Shown here: positions 1-8,761 of the stretch, piece after piece
Numbering within the stretch: the stretch's first letter is position 1
Layout of the letters: every line of letters starts with the position of its first letter
Source of the DNA: Candidatus Angelobacter sp.
GTDB lineage: Bacteria > Acidobacteriota > Terriglobia > Terriglobales > Acidobacteriaceae
Length of the DNA stretch: 64,000 nt
Direction: 5' to 3'
Assembly: GCA_035712465.1 (NCBI GenBank)
Contig: DASTAS010000006.1
Span: 95,116-159,115 of the forward strand
Notes under the pieces: generated by a model
The model's database searches: none
What the model was told of the DNA's origin: nothing
Seen by the model: the letters and a program-made list of their open reading frames with translations, nothing else
Made by a program: the position numbers and the translations under genes

Positions 1-768
1 CGATGGAAGGATGTTGATCACGTTTTCATTCGCGGCTTTCTAGGAGAGTTGCACAGCCAGGGGCTGAGCAAAGTTTCTGTGGCGCGCGCTCTGGCGGCGG
101 TACGTTCGCTTTACAAGTGGCTGGCGCGAGAGGGAATGGTACAGCAGAACCCGGCAAAGCTTGTGGCCACGCCCAAACTGCCGAAGAAGTTGCCGCGCGT
201 ACCGACCATGGAGGAGATGAACGGGCTGCTCAACAGCGAGATGCCGGAGACGGCCAGCTTTCCTGAACGCGACCGCGCCATCTTTGAGCTGCTCTATGGT
301 TGCGGGCTGCGCAACTCGGAGCTTGTTGGCATTGAGCTTGCCGATATTGACGATGCAAACGGCGTTATCCTTGTCCGTGGCAAAGGGAAGAAGCAGCGCT
401 ACGTGCCGCTGGAAGGCGCGGCTGCGGAAGCCCTGAAAGCGTATCGCCCGGAGCGCCAGAAGATCCTCCACATCACCGGCAGAAGCACGCGACGGCTGCT
501 CATCAATCGTCGTGGCGGCCCGCTGACCACGCGCAGTGTAGGCCGCATTGTGAAGCAGATCGCCATCGCCAGAGGCATGCCGCCGGATATCCATCCGCAT
601 ACCTTGCGCCACGCCTTTGGAACGCACATGCTGACCGAGGGCGCCGACCTTCGCGCGATTCAGGAGCTGCTGGGACACGAGCGTCTCTCCACCACACAGC
701 GCTACACCCAGCTTTCCATGAGCCACGTGATGGAGGTCTACGACAAAACCCATCCGCGGGCCAAATAG
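1..768 (+). CDS. Tyrosine site-specific recombinase, XerC/XerD family (5' end outside window)
   Basis: Frame of ORF 49..768 stays open back to base 1. The C-terminal catalytic region has [12 protein letters not shown] and [14 protein letters not shown]. Confidence 0.85.
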   Translation, partial: RWKDVDHVFIRGFLGELHSQGLSKVSVARALAAVRSLYKWLAREGMVQQNPAKLVATPKLPKKLPRVPTMEEMNGLLNSEMPETASFPERDRAIFELLYGCGLRNSELVGIELADIDDANGVILVRGKGKKQRYVPLEGAAAEALKAYRPERQKILHITGRSTRRLLINRRGGPLTTRSVGRIVKQIAIARGMPPDIHPHTLRHAFGTHMLTEGADLRAIQELLGHERLSTTQRYTQLSMSHVMEVYDKTHPRAK

Positions 769-816
769 GCGAGTGTAGTAAAGTATGGCATCCTTAGTCT
801 CCGAGGGAACCTACTT

Positions 817-1386
817 ATGCGGAACCTCACCATCGTCCTGATTGTCATTACTGGCTGCAGTCTGCTCAATGCACAGAAGCAAGCTCCGGCGGCGCATCAT
901 GCAGCCAAGCAGGCATCCACTGCCAGCAAGCCGGCCGGCTCCCAGCAGGCCAGCGCGGAGCAGGTGCGGAAGCTGCTGGACATGCTGCAGATCCGCGACA
1001 ACCTGCAGATCACGCTGGACGCAATGAGGACCCAGATGCAGCACGGTTCTGAAGCAATGCTGCGGGAGAAAGTGCCGCAACCTACCCCCGACCAATTGAA
1101 ACAGGTGGACGATATTGTCGAACAGGAGTTTGCCACCATCACCATGGATGACCTCATTCGTGATGTGGTGCCCGTCTACCAGAGGCACCTCACCAAATCC
1201 GATGTTGATGCCCTGCTCGCGTTCTATTCTTCGCCCGTGGGCCAGAAGCTGCGCCGGGAAGAACCGGCCATGATGCGCGAGAGCATGGACGCCACCTCCG
1301 CCGGCCAGCGCCAGAAAATGGAAGACCTTCTGGCCCGGGTTGAAGTCCGCCTGCAGCAGTTCATAGACAGCCAGCAGAGCAAATGA
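817..1386 (+). CDS. Lipoprotein with DUF2059-like C-terminal region
   Basis: N-terminal lipobox-like LIVITGC. The C-terminal LLAFYSSPVGQKL segment resembles DUF2059; family recalled from memory. Confidence 0.55.
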   Translation: MRNLTIVLIVITGCSLLNAQKQAPAAHHAAKQASTASKPAGSQQASAEQVRKLLDMLQIRDNLQITLDAMRTQMQHGSEAMLREKVPQPTPDQLKQVDDIVEQEFATITMDDLIRDVVPVYQRHLTKSDVDALLAFYSSPVGQKLRREEPAMMRESMDATSAGQRQKMEDLLARVEVRLQQFIDSQQSK

Positions 1387-1463
1387 CCCGAACGCCACGC
1401 GCCTCGCGCTAACTCGCCATGGTCGTTGTTACGATTGCATTCCATGCTGTGCGATATTGGCGG

Positions 1464-1547
1464 GTGAGCGTCATCTTCCTATCGGGTCCAATTGGAGCGG
1501 GCAAGACTTCGGTAGCAAAAATTGCTGATAACGCTGCAATCACGTAA
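1464..1547 (+). pseudogene. 27-codon Walker-A (P-loop) gene remnant
   Basis: GTG..TAA reads VSVIFLSGPIGAGKTSVAKIADNAAIT. It has a GxxGxGKT motif but no remaining protein body. Confidence 0.3.
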
Positions 1548-1780
1548 TGCTGAAGAGATTTCGCGGAAAATTGATTCGTTCAGGCGCGCTTTTTCCCCTT
1601 ATAACAGTTTCCTGTCCCTGATTTTCGCGCGTCGGCCTGCATCTGGATCCCCCGGTCAATAAGCTGCTGCAGTACTTTAATAACTTACGTACGTAACTTG
1701 TGAGCCCTGTCTGGCTGCGATAAGCTTCCCGCAACTATGCCGGGTTTCCGGCTTTTGTGCAGGCTAAGGAGAACATTTTC

Positions 1781-2530
1781 ATGCATTTGCAGGCGACATT
1801 CGATTTTCGTCTGGTTGCGCTGTCTGTAATTATTGCAATTTGCGCATCCTATGCGGCTCTTGACCTGGTTGAACGTATTACCGTGGCCGGGAGCAGCTCA
1901 CGGCTGGGCTGGCTCACCAGTGGCGCCATCGCCATGGGGACTGGCATCTGGTCCATGCACTTCACCGGAATGCTGGCCTATCATTTGCCGGTCGAGGTCT
2001 ATTACCACATTCCCACTGTCCTGTTATCGCTCCTGCTGGCAATCGTCGCGTCCTTTATCGCCCTTTTCGTGGTGTGCCGGCCGCGCATCGGTGTGCTCCA
2101 CGTAATTGCGGGAACCGTGCTGATTGCAGCGGGTATTTGCGGTATGCATTACACCGGCATGGATGCCATGCGCCTGGCCGCCATGCACCATTGGGACCAG
2201 GGTATCGTCCTGCTCTCTATCCTGATCGCGCTGGTCGTCGCGCTGGCAGCTCTGGGCATGGCATCTCTGTTCCGCACCGACGGGCGTGACGACGGCCTCA
2301 AAGCCATCTGCGCCACGCTCATGGGATTCGCGATTTGCTCGATGCACTACACCGCAATGGCTGCCGTAAGCTATACCGCGATGACAGAAATGCCGGACCG
2401 GACAAATTCAATGAGCATTTCCGCTGTTGCCAACACTGCGATTGTTGCCGTCACGTTCGTTGTGCTCGGGTCAGTCTTCCTGTTTCAGCGCTGGTTCCCG
2501 GTGCAGGAGCCGGCTCGCTCAGAAGCATAG
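1781..2530 (+). CDS. Stand-alone MHYT-domain integral membrane protein
   Basis: Three MHYT-type motifs (SMHFTGM, GMHYTGM, SMHYTAM) lie in TM helices. AAGGAGA sits 7 nt before the ATG at 1781. There is no output domain. Confidence 0.8.
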   Translation: MHLQATFDFRLVALSVIIAICASYAALDLVERITVAGSSSRLGWLTSGAIAMGTGIWSMHFTGMLAYHLPVEVYYHIPTVLLSLLLAIVASFIALFVVCRPRIGVLHVIAGTVLIAAGICGMHYTGMDAMRLAAMHHWDQGIVLLSILIALVVALAALGMASLFRTDGRDDGLKAICATLMGFAICSMHYTAMAAVSYTAMTEMPDRTNSMSISAVANTAIVAVTFVVLGSVFLFQRWFPVQEPARSEA

Positions 2531-2568
2531 TTGCAACCAGGGAGCAGTCCGGGACAGCCTGAACTGAG

Positions 2569-2642
2569 TTACAGACACTCTTGTCTCTGCTTTGTACTCA
2601 GAAGGATGATCAGGCACAGACAGGAGTGTCTGTGCCACACAA
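2569..2642. repeat. Nested-palindrome intergenic element, copy 1 (left arm degenerate)
   Basis: Right arm GCACAGACAGGAGTGTCTGTGCCACAC is identical to copies 2 and 3. It lies between convergent genes. Confidence 0.7.
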
Positions 2643-2779
2643 TTTTTTGGTTCGCTGGCGCCGCAGGCCGGCCTTACCGCGGCAGGGAAGAGGCTCATGT
2701 TACGACACGACTGGAGTCGTAGCTGATACAAGTCTCTGTTTCGCTGCCTGAACATCGCTTAGTTCAGGCTAACCGCTGC

Positions 2780-4315
2780 TTACCGGCGACGGGTTGTACT
2801 CCCGCCAAGGATTCCACCCAGCACGCCTCGCACAATCTGTCTGCCCACCTGGCTGCCGATAGCGCGAGCGGCGCTCTTGGCGAAAGCTTCCGGCAGTCCC
2901 TGGCGACGACCTCCGCCGAAGTTCCCTAACATGCCTCCCAGGGCGTTGGTCCAACCGCCTGAAGAAGGAGAAGAGGCAGGAGGCTGAGCCCTCTCTTCAG
3001 GCGACGAGGCATGCACGGGAGGCGCGGCGGCTGTTTCGGCACGGCCCTTCAGGCGTTCGTACGCAGACTCGCGATCAACGCTTTTCTCATAGTGGCCAAA
3101 CAGGACCGAGGCTTCAATCACCTGCCGCCGTTCCGCGCTAGTGACCGGGCCGATTCGGCTTGAGGGCGGCAGCACAAAGCCACGTTCCACAGGGGCTGGC
3201 GTTCCAGTTTCGTCGAGCAGTGATATCAAGCCTTCTCCGACGGCGAGCTGCGTAATGACCGCAGCTGTGTCCAGTTTGGGATTACTGCGGAAGGTTTCTG
3301 CCGCGGCCCGCACCGCCTTTTCATCACGCGGCGTAAACGCCCGCAAGGCGTGCTGAACACGATTGGAGAGCTGTCCCAGAACGGCGTCGGGAACGTCGAG
3401 CGGGTTCTGCGTAACGAAATAGACGCCGACGCCTTTTGAACGCACCAGGCGAACTACCTGTTCGATTTTGTCGAGAAGGGCCTTGGGCGCATCGGTGAAC
3501 AGGAGATGCGCTTCGTCAAAGAAGAAGACGAGTTTGGGTTTGGGCGGATCGCCCACCTCCGGCAACTGCTCGAATAATTCCGACAAGAGCCAGAGAAGAA
3601 GGGTCGCGTATAGCTGCGGCGCGCTCATCAGCTTGTCAGCGGCAAGGATGTTGATCATTCCTCTGCCGGTCTGGTCGGTCTGCATGAAATCTGCAAGGTC
3701 CAGCGCGGGCTCGCCGAACAGGCTGCTGCCGCCCTGCTGTTCCAGCGTGAGCAGGTTGCGCTGGATGGCGCCGATGCTCGCGGCGGAGATGCGGCCGTAT
3801 TCGGTCTGGAATTGCGCGGCATCGTCCCCGATGTGTTGCAGCATGGCCCGCAGGTCCTTCATGTCAAGCAGCAGCAGACCATTGTCATCCGCGATTTTGA
3901 ACGCGAGGGTGAGAACTCCCTCCTGGGTGTCATTCAGGTTCAGCATGCGGGCGAGCAGCAACGGCCCCATTTCAGAAACAGTCGCGCGAATGGGATGTCC
4001 TTGCTGGCCGAATACATCCCAAAACGTGACGGGCGAAGCCTGAGGCTGGAAATCAATGCCCAGTTTCTTCGCGCGCTCGGCCACTTTGGGATTGCCGCCC
4101 CCCGGCTGGCTCATCCCCGCCAGATCTCCTTTCACGTCGGCCATGAACACGGGGACGCCGATGCGCGCAAAGCCTTCCGCCATGGTTTGCAGCGTCACCG
4201 TTTTGCCCGTCCCGGTGGCGCCGGCGATCAAACCGTGCCGGTTGGCCATTGCCGGAAGAAGCTGCAAAGGCCGCTCACCTTTTGCGATCAAAATTCCATC
4301 GTCCATGTGATTCAT
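2780..4315 (-). CDS. HerA-like / DUF853 (YjgR-type) P-loop ATPase
   Basis: Walker A GATGTGKT, Walker B-like LVFFFDEAH, and a Gly-rich basic C-terminal tail typical of the YjgR family. Confidence 0.85.
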   Translation of the reverse strand: MNHMDDGILIAKGERPLQLLPAMANRHGLIAGATGTGKTVTLQTMAEGFARIGVPVFMADVKGDLAGMSQPGGGNPKVAERAKKLGIDFQPQASPVTFWDVFGQQGHPIRATVSEMGPLLLARMLNLNDTQEGVLTLAFKIADDNGLLLLDMKDLRAMLQHIGDDAAQFQTEYGRISAASIGAIQRNLLTLEQQGGSSLFGEPALDLADFMQTDQTGRGMINILAADKLMSAPQLYATLLLWLLSELFEQLPEVGDPPKPKLVFFFDEAHLLFTDAPKALLDKIEQVVRLVRSKGVGVYFVTQNPLDVPDAVLGQLSNRVQHALRAFTPRDEKAVRAAAETFRSNPKLDTAAVITQLAVGEGLISLLDETGTPAPVERGFVLPPSSRIGPVTSAERRQVIEASVLFGHYEKSVDRESAYERLKGRAETAAAPPVHASSPEERAQPPASSPSSGGWTNALGGMLGNFGGGRRQGLPEAFAKSAARAIGSQVGRQIVRGVLGGILGGSTTRRR

Positions 4316-4521
4316 CCAGAAGAATTGCTTTGCCAGGTTGCGACGCCTGGAAATGATTGCACGCTCTCGATTTGACGAACGGACGCTGAAGTCACTTCAG
4401 CAACAGCCGCCCTCCGGTGCTGCAGCGCGACCTGCGCGGGAATATGGGGCAACGCGCTCCTGAAAAACCCAGCACGTCACCCCTTGTGTTGTTCTCTCGT
4501 TTGTCCGATTTCAGGCTGCGG

Positions 4522-4725
4522 TTATGCTGTCTTCCGTCCAAGAATGTTTCCCGCTTTTTCCTTCAAACCTTCTGCTGCCCCTCCCGAAACAACACTGTCT
4601 AACTGGCCGGAAAGAGAGGAGGGAAGGCGTTGCTTTAGAAAATCAATCACGGTTTGCGCTGCGGAGCGGGCCTTGTCATCGTCTAGCCCCACGCGTGTTT
4701 TCAGTTGCTCGATAATTTCATTCAT
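4522..4725 (-). CDS. Small hypothetical protein (67 aa)
   Basis: The ATG at 4725 is preceded by AAGGAGA. Only this C-terminal part of the 249-aa ORF looks protein-like; the rest runs through non-coding repeat A. Confidence 0.5.
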   Translation of the reverse strand: MNEIIEQLKTRVGLDDDKARSAAQTVIDFLKQRLPSSLSGQLDSVVSGGAAEGLKEKAGNILGRKTA

Positions 4726-4844
4726 GGCAGGGTCTCCTTTCTTTTCCATGAGATGCGATGAATGCGGAACGCGGCGAGAGCAGGATCTAGAGCTGGAATT
4801 TCCAGAGAGACTGAAACGGGAACGGCCTAATCTGTTGCCGGAGA

Positions 4845-5238
4845 CGGTCTGGTAGGTCCGGGCTTTAGCCCGGACTTCGCGAAGCGAATCCCCGGAACGA
4901 GACAGAAAAAAATTTGCACCACTCTGCCGAAGGCCGGCGCAAAGGCGCAGCCGGAGCGCAATAAAAATCACGCCCAGATTTGCATTGGCGCAAGCGTGAA
5001 AGTATCTCGCGTCATTGCTTCGTGCAAAGAAATTGGTGACGGCTACTTCGCAGGCGGGGTGGGGGAATCTTTGCGGCTTTTCTATTTCATATCCACCCAT
5101 GCCAACCTGACGTGGATCCGTGGAGGTGAGGCTCGGAGTTAGATTTGTTCGTGTGGCACAGACACTCTTGTCTGTGCTTTTGTAGTTCCACAAGAATGAT
5201 TCAGGCACAGACAGGAGTGTCTGTGCCACACAATCTTT
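4845..5238 (+). repeat. ~390-bp non-coding direct repeat, copy A
   Basis: Aligns by eye along its full length with 7767..8159. Several 1-3 nt indels break every reading frame. Confidence 0.85.
5151..5231. repeat. Nested-palindrome intergenic element, copy 2
   Basis: 27-nt arms GTGTGGCACAGACACTCTTGTCTGTGC / GCACAGACAGGAGTGTCTGTGCCACAC pair with 26 Watson-Crick pairs plus one T.G. Confidence 0.85.
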
Positions 5239-5319
5239 TTGGTTTGCTATCAAGCCGGTGGACGCGGTCATTGACCTGGTTGGAGGAGACGCCCGGGAAC
5301 AATCGTGTCGCGCGGTGGG

Positions 5320-5673
5320 CTATGGTTTCCCGCAAAAACTCGCGATTACCCTGATCTGGCCATGTATGTTCTGGTTGAAGTTCTCGAGTTCTTCTGCGGG
5401 AATCCAATACTCAAGATGGTTGGAGCCGCCCACCTTCTGTACTGTGTAGCTACTGATGTACTCGGCATCGACTTCGAATTGAGTCACATAGCCAATACAG
5501 GGCTCATTTTTGGTATTCCAGTCGCGCGCGATCTGCTCGGCATATTCGCGGTTGAGCACCGGATAGAAGATCGGTTGCTCCGGCAAGCGCGGCGGGAACG
5601 TTCGGTAGCCGCTGGCTGCGATGAGTTCGAGTTCCGTTTGCCCAACCGGCCGATAGAGTGTAACGGTGCGCAT
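5320..5673 (-). CDS. Conserved hypothetical protein (117 aa)
   Basis: Clean ORF with globular-looking sequence (LYRPVGQTELELI...FPPRLPEQPIFYPVLN...WN). I recognise no family with confidence. Confidence 0.55.
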   Translation of the reverse strand: MRTVTLYRPVGQTELELIAASGYRTFPPRLPEQPIFYPVLNREYAEQIARDWNTKNEPCIGYVTQFEVDAEYISSYTVQKVGGSNHLEYWIPAEELENFNQNIHGQIRVIASFCGKP

Positions 5674-5770
5674 TCGCTTTCATGTTAGCGCAACAATCAC
5701 CGAGATGTGTGCGCTTAGTTTAGGCTGGCCGCTCTTTCCTGCCGAAGCGTGGAAGTTTTGGTCTGCCTCG

Positions 5771-6346
5771 TTAACGTGATGGCCTGCGGAAGAGACGCGA
5801 GAGAAGGGTCGGCTTGGAGCCAGGTTCCATGGCCTCGTATCCGCTGCTGCCCAACTGCTGAGCGTCCGTGTCGTAGCGATAGCCAATCAACTCATGCGCA
5901 AGCTCCACGGGGATGTCGAAGATGTGATCGACTTCAACTTTTTCTCCGCCGTTGGCAGCTTGTTCTGTGAACAGCCGCTCCCGGATCGCTTCGTGCTGCC
6001 CCGGAGGCGTGCCTCTCACCTGCAGGTTATACATGCCCTCTTGCGCATCGTGAACAACCGCCCACTTCTCCTGGCCATTCTCCCACGCAGCCACCGAGCT
6101 ATACATGACGTGTTCTTCCACGTATCCCACCATCAGGGACAGAGAATGCGACACGCGTCCTAAAAGGGCGGGGGGCAGTTCCTTTCGGTCGAAGATGACC
6201 AGATAGTATCCGCTGGCAAGCCGGATCGACGTGCACCTGGATGTCGCCGATCCTTCCATCGCGCCCATGTGACGAATCTGCAAAAGATGATCGAGTTGAT
6301 CCGACGAGTTGCCGTCGACAGCGATCCAGGAAAGTGAGTACCCCAT
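5771..6346 (-). CDS. Hypothetical protein (191 aa), possibly immunity-protein-like
   Basis: Clean ORF. The sequence style (SLSWIAVDG..., EEHVMYSS..W.NG..W.V.HD) recalls small immunity-type proteins. This is tentative. Confidence 0.5.
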   Translation of the reverse strand: MGYSLSWIAVDGNSSDQLDHLLQIRHMGAMEGSATSRCTSIRLASGYYLVIFDRKELPPALLGRVSHSLSLMVGYVEEHVMYSSVAAWENGQEKWAVVHDAQEGMYNLQVRGTPPGQHEAIRERLFTEQAANGGEKVEVDHIFDIPVELAHELIGYRYDTDAQQLGSSGYEAMEPGSKPTLLSRLFRRPSR

Positions 6347-6605
6347 GGTTGATATTGTCGCGAAAGTTCGCAGTCAACGCCAAGTTCGAAGGAGGGTAAC
6401 ACCAGGGATCTGTTTGCGCTCCGGTGAGCTGCCTGCACGCAGTGGGGAACTGCCCTATGATCCGCCGCGCTATTCGGACCCGCGCAAAAAGATTAGAAGC
6501 CTTCGCGCACTGGGAGTTTCATCCTTGAAGATTGTGAGGCGCTGGCGCTAGTTTTAGAATCGTTCGGTAATTTCTCTTCGCAGAAAATATAAGGAATGAT
6601 CGACC

Positions 6606-6839
6606 ATGGACGAAACACTGGAATGCATCAGGTGCCACACGCCGATGGAACCGGGCTACATCGCTGACGCAATGTACGGCGGATATGCACAGCAGAACTG
6701 GACACCGGGCGAGCCGAAGAAGAGTATCTGGGTCGGGCTCACCGTTGACCGTAAGCACTCCGTTCCGGTTACCACGCTGCGGTGTCCCAAGTGCGGATAT
6801 CTGGAATTTCACGCTCCTCCGGCTCCGGTCTCGTCGTGA
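6606..6839 (+). CDS. Small zinc-ribbon protein (77 aa)
   Basis: CxxC (CIRC) and CxxC (CPKC) pairs about 50 residues apart. AAGGA lies upstream of the ATG. Confidence 0.55.
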   Translation: MDETLECIRCHTPMEPGYIADAMYGGYAQQNWTPGEPKKSIWVGLTVDRKHSVPVTTLRCPKCGYLEFHAPPAPVSS

Positions 6840-6944
6840 TTGGCCGCTGCTTCCTATGCTTGAGAGAGGCGCTCTCCTCTCGTACACAAGTCGCGCGGCA
6901 CGCGTGTGTGCTCCACGGCCGCAGTACGGCTCAACTTACAGGAA

Positions 6945-6962
6945 TTGTCATCCTGAGCGAAG
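6945..6962 (+). repeat. 18-bp inverted repeat, left copy (TTGTCATCCTGAGCGAAG)
   Basis: Perfect reverse complement of 7385..7402. A third, direct copy is at 7519..7536. Confidence 0.85.
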
Positions 6963-7021
6963 TCCGACTCACCCTGAGCTTGCGAAGGGGAAAGGAGGAC
7001 TAGTCGCAGGATCAAAGATCT

Positions 7022-7342
7022 ATGTACCGTGAGAAGTGGTTTTACATGTACATCGTGTCGAATCGTTCAAAGACCCTTTACACCGGATTTACCGGCAATA
7101 TCAAAAAGCGCATCTATGAGCACAAGACTGGAGCCCTCGACGGTTTCACGAAGCGGTACAAGATAGACAGGCTGGTGTATTTCGAGCGCTTCAAATATGC
7201 CAATAGCGGCATTAATCGTGAGAAACAGGTAAAGCGCTGGACACGGATCAAGAAGATGCGGTTGATTGTGAGTATGAACCCGACCTGGAGTGACCTGGCG
7301 CAAGATTGGTTTCCCGAGCTGAAGGAAAAGGCAAATACATAG
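7022..7342 (+). CDS. GIY-YIG nuclease family protein (106 aa)
   Basis: YIVSN...LYTGFTGNIKKRIYEHK matches the GIY-(10-11)-YIG plus Arg/His-Lys core. Confidence 0.85.
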   Translation: MYREKWFYMYIVSNRSKTLYTGFTGNIKKRIYEHKTGALDGFTKRYKIDRLVYFERFKYANSGINREKQVKRWTRIKKMRLIVSMNPTWSDLAQDWFPELKEKANT

Positions 7343-7384
7343 ATCCTTTCGACTCCGCGCTCATCTCGCGTTGCTCGACTCGCG

Positions 7385-7402
7385 CTTCGCTCAGGATGAC
7401 AA
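7385..7402 (-). repeat. 18-bp inverted repeat, right copy
   Basis: CTTCGCTCAGGATGACAA is the reverse complement of 6945..6962. Confidence 0.85.
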
Positions 7403-7470
7403 ATCATGGGGTCGGCCGGCGTGTAGGCAGTGAATCCCGATCGGCACTTAGGATGACACAGACGCGAGGG

Positions 7471-7640
7471 CCGCGTGTGTGTTACACGGCCGCAGTACGG
7501 CTCAACTTCTTACAGGAATTGTCATCCTGAGCGAAGTCCGACTGACCCTGAGCTTGCGAAGGGGAAGGGAGGACGAGTCGCAGATCAAAGATCTATGTAC
7601 TGTGAGAAATGGTTTTACATGCACATAGTGTGAATCGTCG
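7471..7640 (+). pseudogene. Duplicated GIY-YIG upstream region plus truncated 5' end (12 codons)
   Basis: About 170 bp aligns with 6899..7068. ATG 7595 reads MYCEKWFYMHIV then TGA at 7631, versus MYREKWFYMYIVSN in the intact gene. Confidence 0.7.
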
Positions 7641-7766
7641 CGCGGACCTTTGGCAGGATGGACGCCGCCACAACTTTGAATGCTGATGCCCTTGCCGTTT
7701 CAGACCGCTCTCAGATCACCAGACCTCCCGATCACCGGATCACCGAGTTCCCGAAGGGAACGGGGG

Positions 7767-8159
7767 CGGTCTGGTAGGTCCGGGCTTTAGCCCGGACTTC
7801 GCGAAGCGAATCCCCCGGAACGAGACAGAAAGGAATTTGCATCACTCTGCCGAAGGCCGGCGCGGAGGCGCAGCCGGAGCGCAATAAAAATCACGCCCAG
7901 TTTGCATTGGCACAAGCGCGAAGGTATCTCGCGTGATTTTCCTGGTGCAAAGAAATCGGTGACGGCTACTTCGCAGGCGGGGTGAGCAATCTTTGCGGTT
8001 GTCTACTTCATATCCACCCGGGCCAACCTGACGTGGATCCGTGGATTGTGAGGCGCAGAGTTAGATAATGTCCGTGTGGCACAGACACTCTTGTCTGTGC
8101 TTTTGTAGCTCAGAAAAATGATCAGGCACAGACAGGAGTGTCTGTGCCACACAATCTTT
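7767..8159 (+). repeat. ~390-bp non-coding direct repeat, copy B
   Basis: Same order and orientation as 4845..5238, including the GTCCGGGC-TTTA-GCCCGGAC hairpin at the start and the nested palindrome at the end. Confidence 0.85.
8074..8152. repeat. Nested-palindrome intergenic element, copy 3
   Basis: Arms identical to copy 2; the loop differs. Confidence 0.85.
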
Positions 8160-8761
8160 CGTGCTTCGCTTGCGCTGCGGACGAACAGACGTTCCCACGC
8201 TTTTCGTCCGTAGCGCCCGCAAATCAAATTGCAGAAGCTGTTTTTGATCTGCCGCAGGTGAGAGAACCACGATTGAGCATATCCATATTTCATCCTTGCC
8301 AGGAGTGCATCCACGCTCGAAGGAATTGGTGGTTGGGTTCGTCAAAGAGTACTTGATGCCGCTGTATGGACCGATCTCGAGCCAAAGCCGACCACGAATT
8401 CTCGTTGGCTGCCGCTGAGGAGTATCTCCGCTCTTTGGACGTGGCCACAGCGCAGCAGGCAAGAACCTACATGAGGAACGCCCAAAAATCAGTGGACACA
8501 CCGTTACGGCGCAGGCTCTATGAATCTGGTTGGATTTCATGGCTGGTTCATTCAAGCCGGTGAAGAAAGTCACGGGTAGCTGTGGTAGATCCCCGGATTG
8601 ATTAAATAGAGTAGCTTGTTACGCTAGTTACTTGCGATCCGAAATATTCCTTAATAACATTAGCGCTCGAAATCACCAATACATCGCGATTAGGCGATTG
8701 CAAGGATAAAATGACCACATGCAGCGTTGCGCGCACTACGGGATCTTTAAAATAGCCATTT

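Noticed and set aside
1-768. Tyrosine recombinase as the integrase of the accessory island
   Set aside because: The motifs and length fit chromosomal XerC/XerD. It is more than 7 kb from the island, with housekeeping-like genes between them.
2780-4315. HerA-like ATPase as the partner of the SIR2 gene (a SIR2-HerA defence system)
   Set aside because: It is 6 kb away from the SIR2 gene, separated by repeats and unrelated genes. It lies in GC-typical DNA, and its sequence is the YjgR/DUF853 housekeeping-type architecture rather than a SIR2-adjacent HerA.
4522-5271. 249-aa ORF as a single gene
   Set aside because: Its N-terminal two thirds run through the ~390-bp repeat. The second repeat copy has frame-breaking indels, so that part is non-coding. 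Only the last 67 codons, which have their own AAGGAGA RBS, look genuine.
8003-8573. ORFs 8003-8314, 8061-8573, 8138-8356 and 8366-8563 between repeat B and the island
   Set aside because: They overlap each other and the non-coding repeat, have odd composition and no RBS or motifs. The 65-aa ORF 8366-8563 cannot be excluded, but there is no positive evidence for it.
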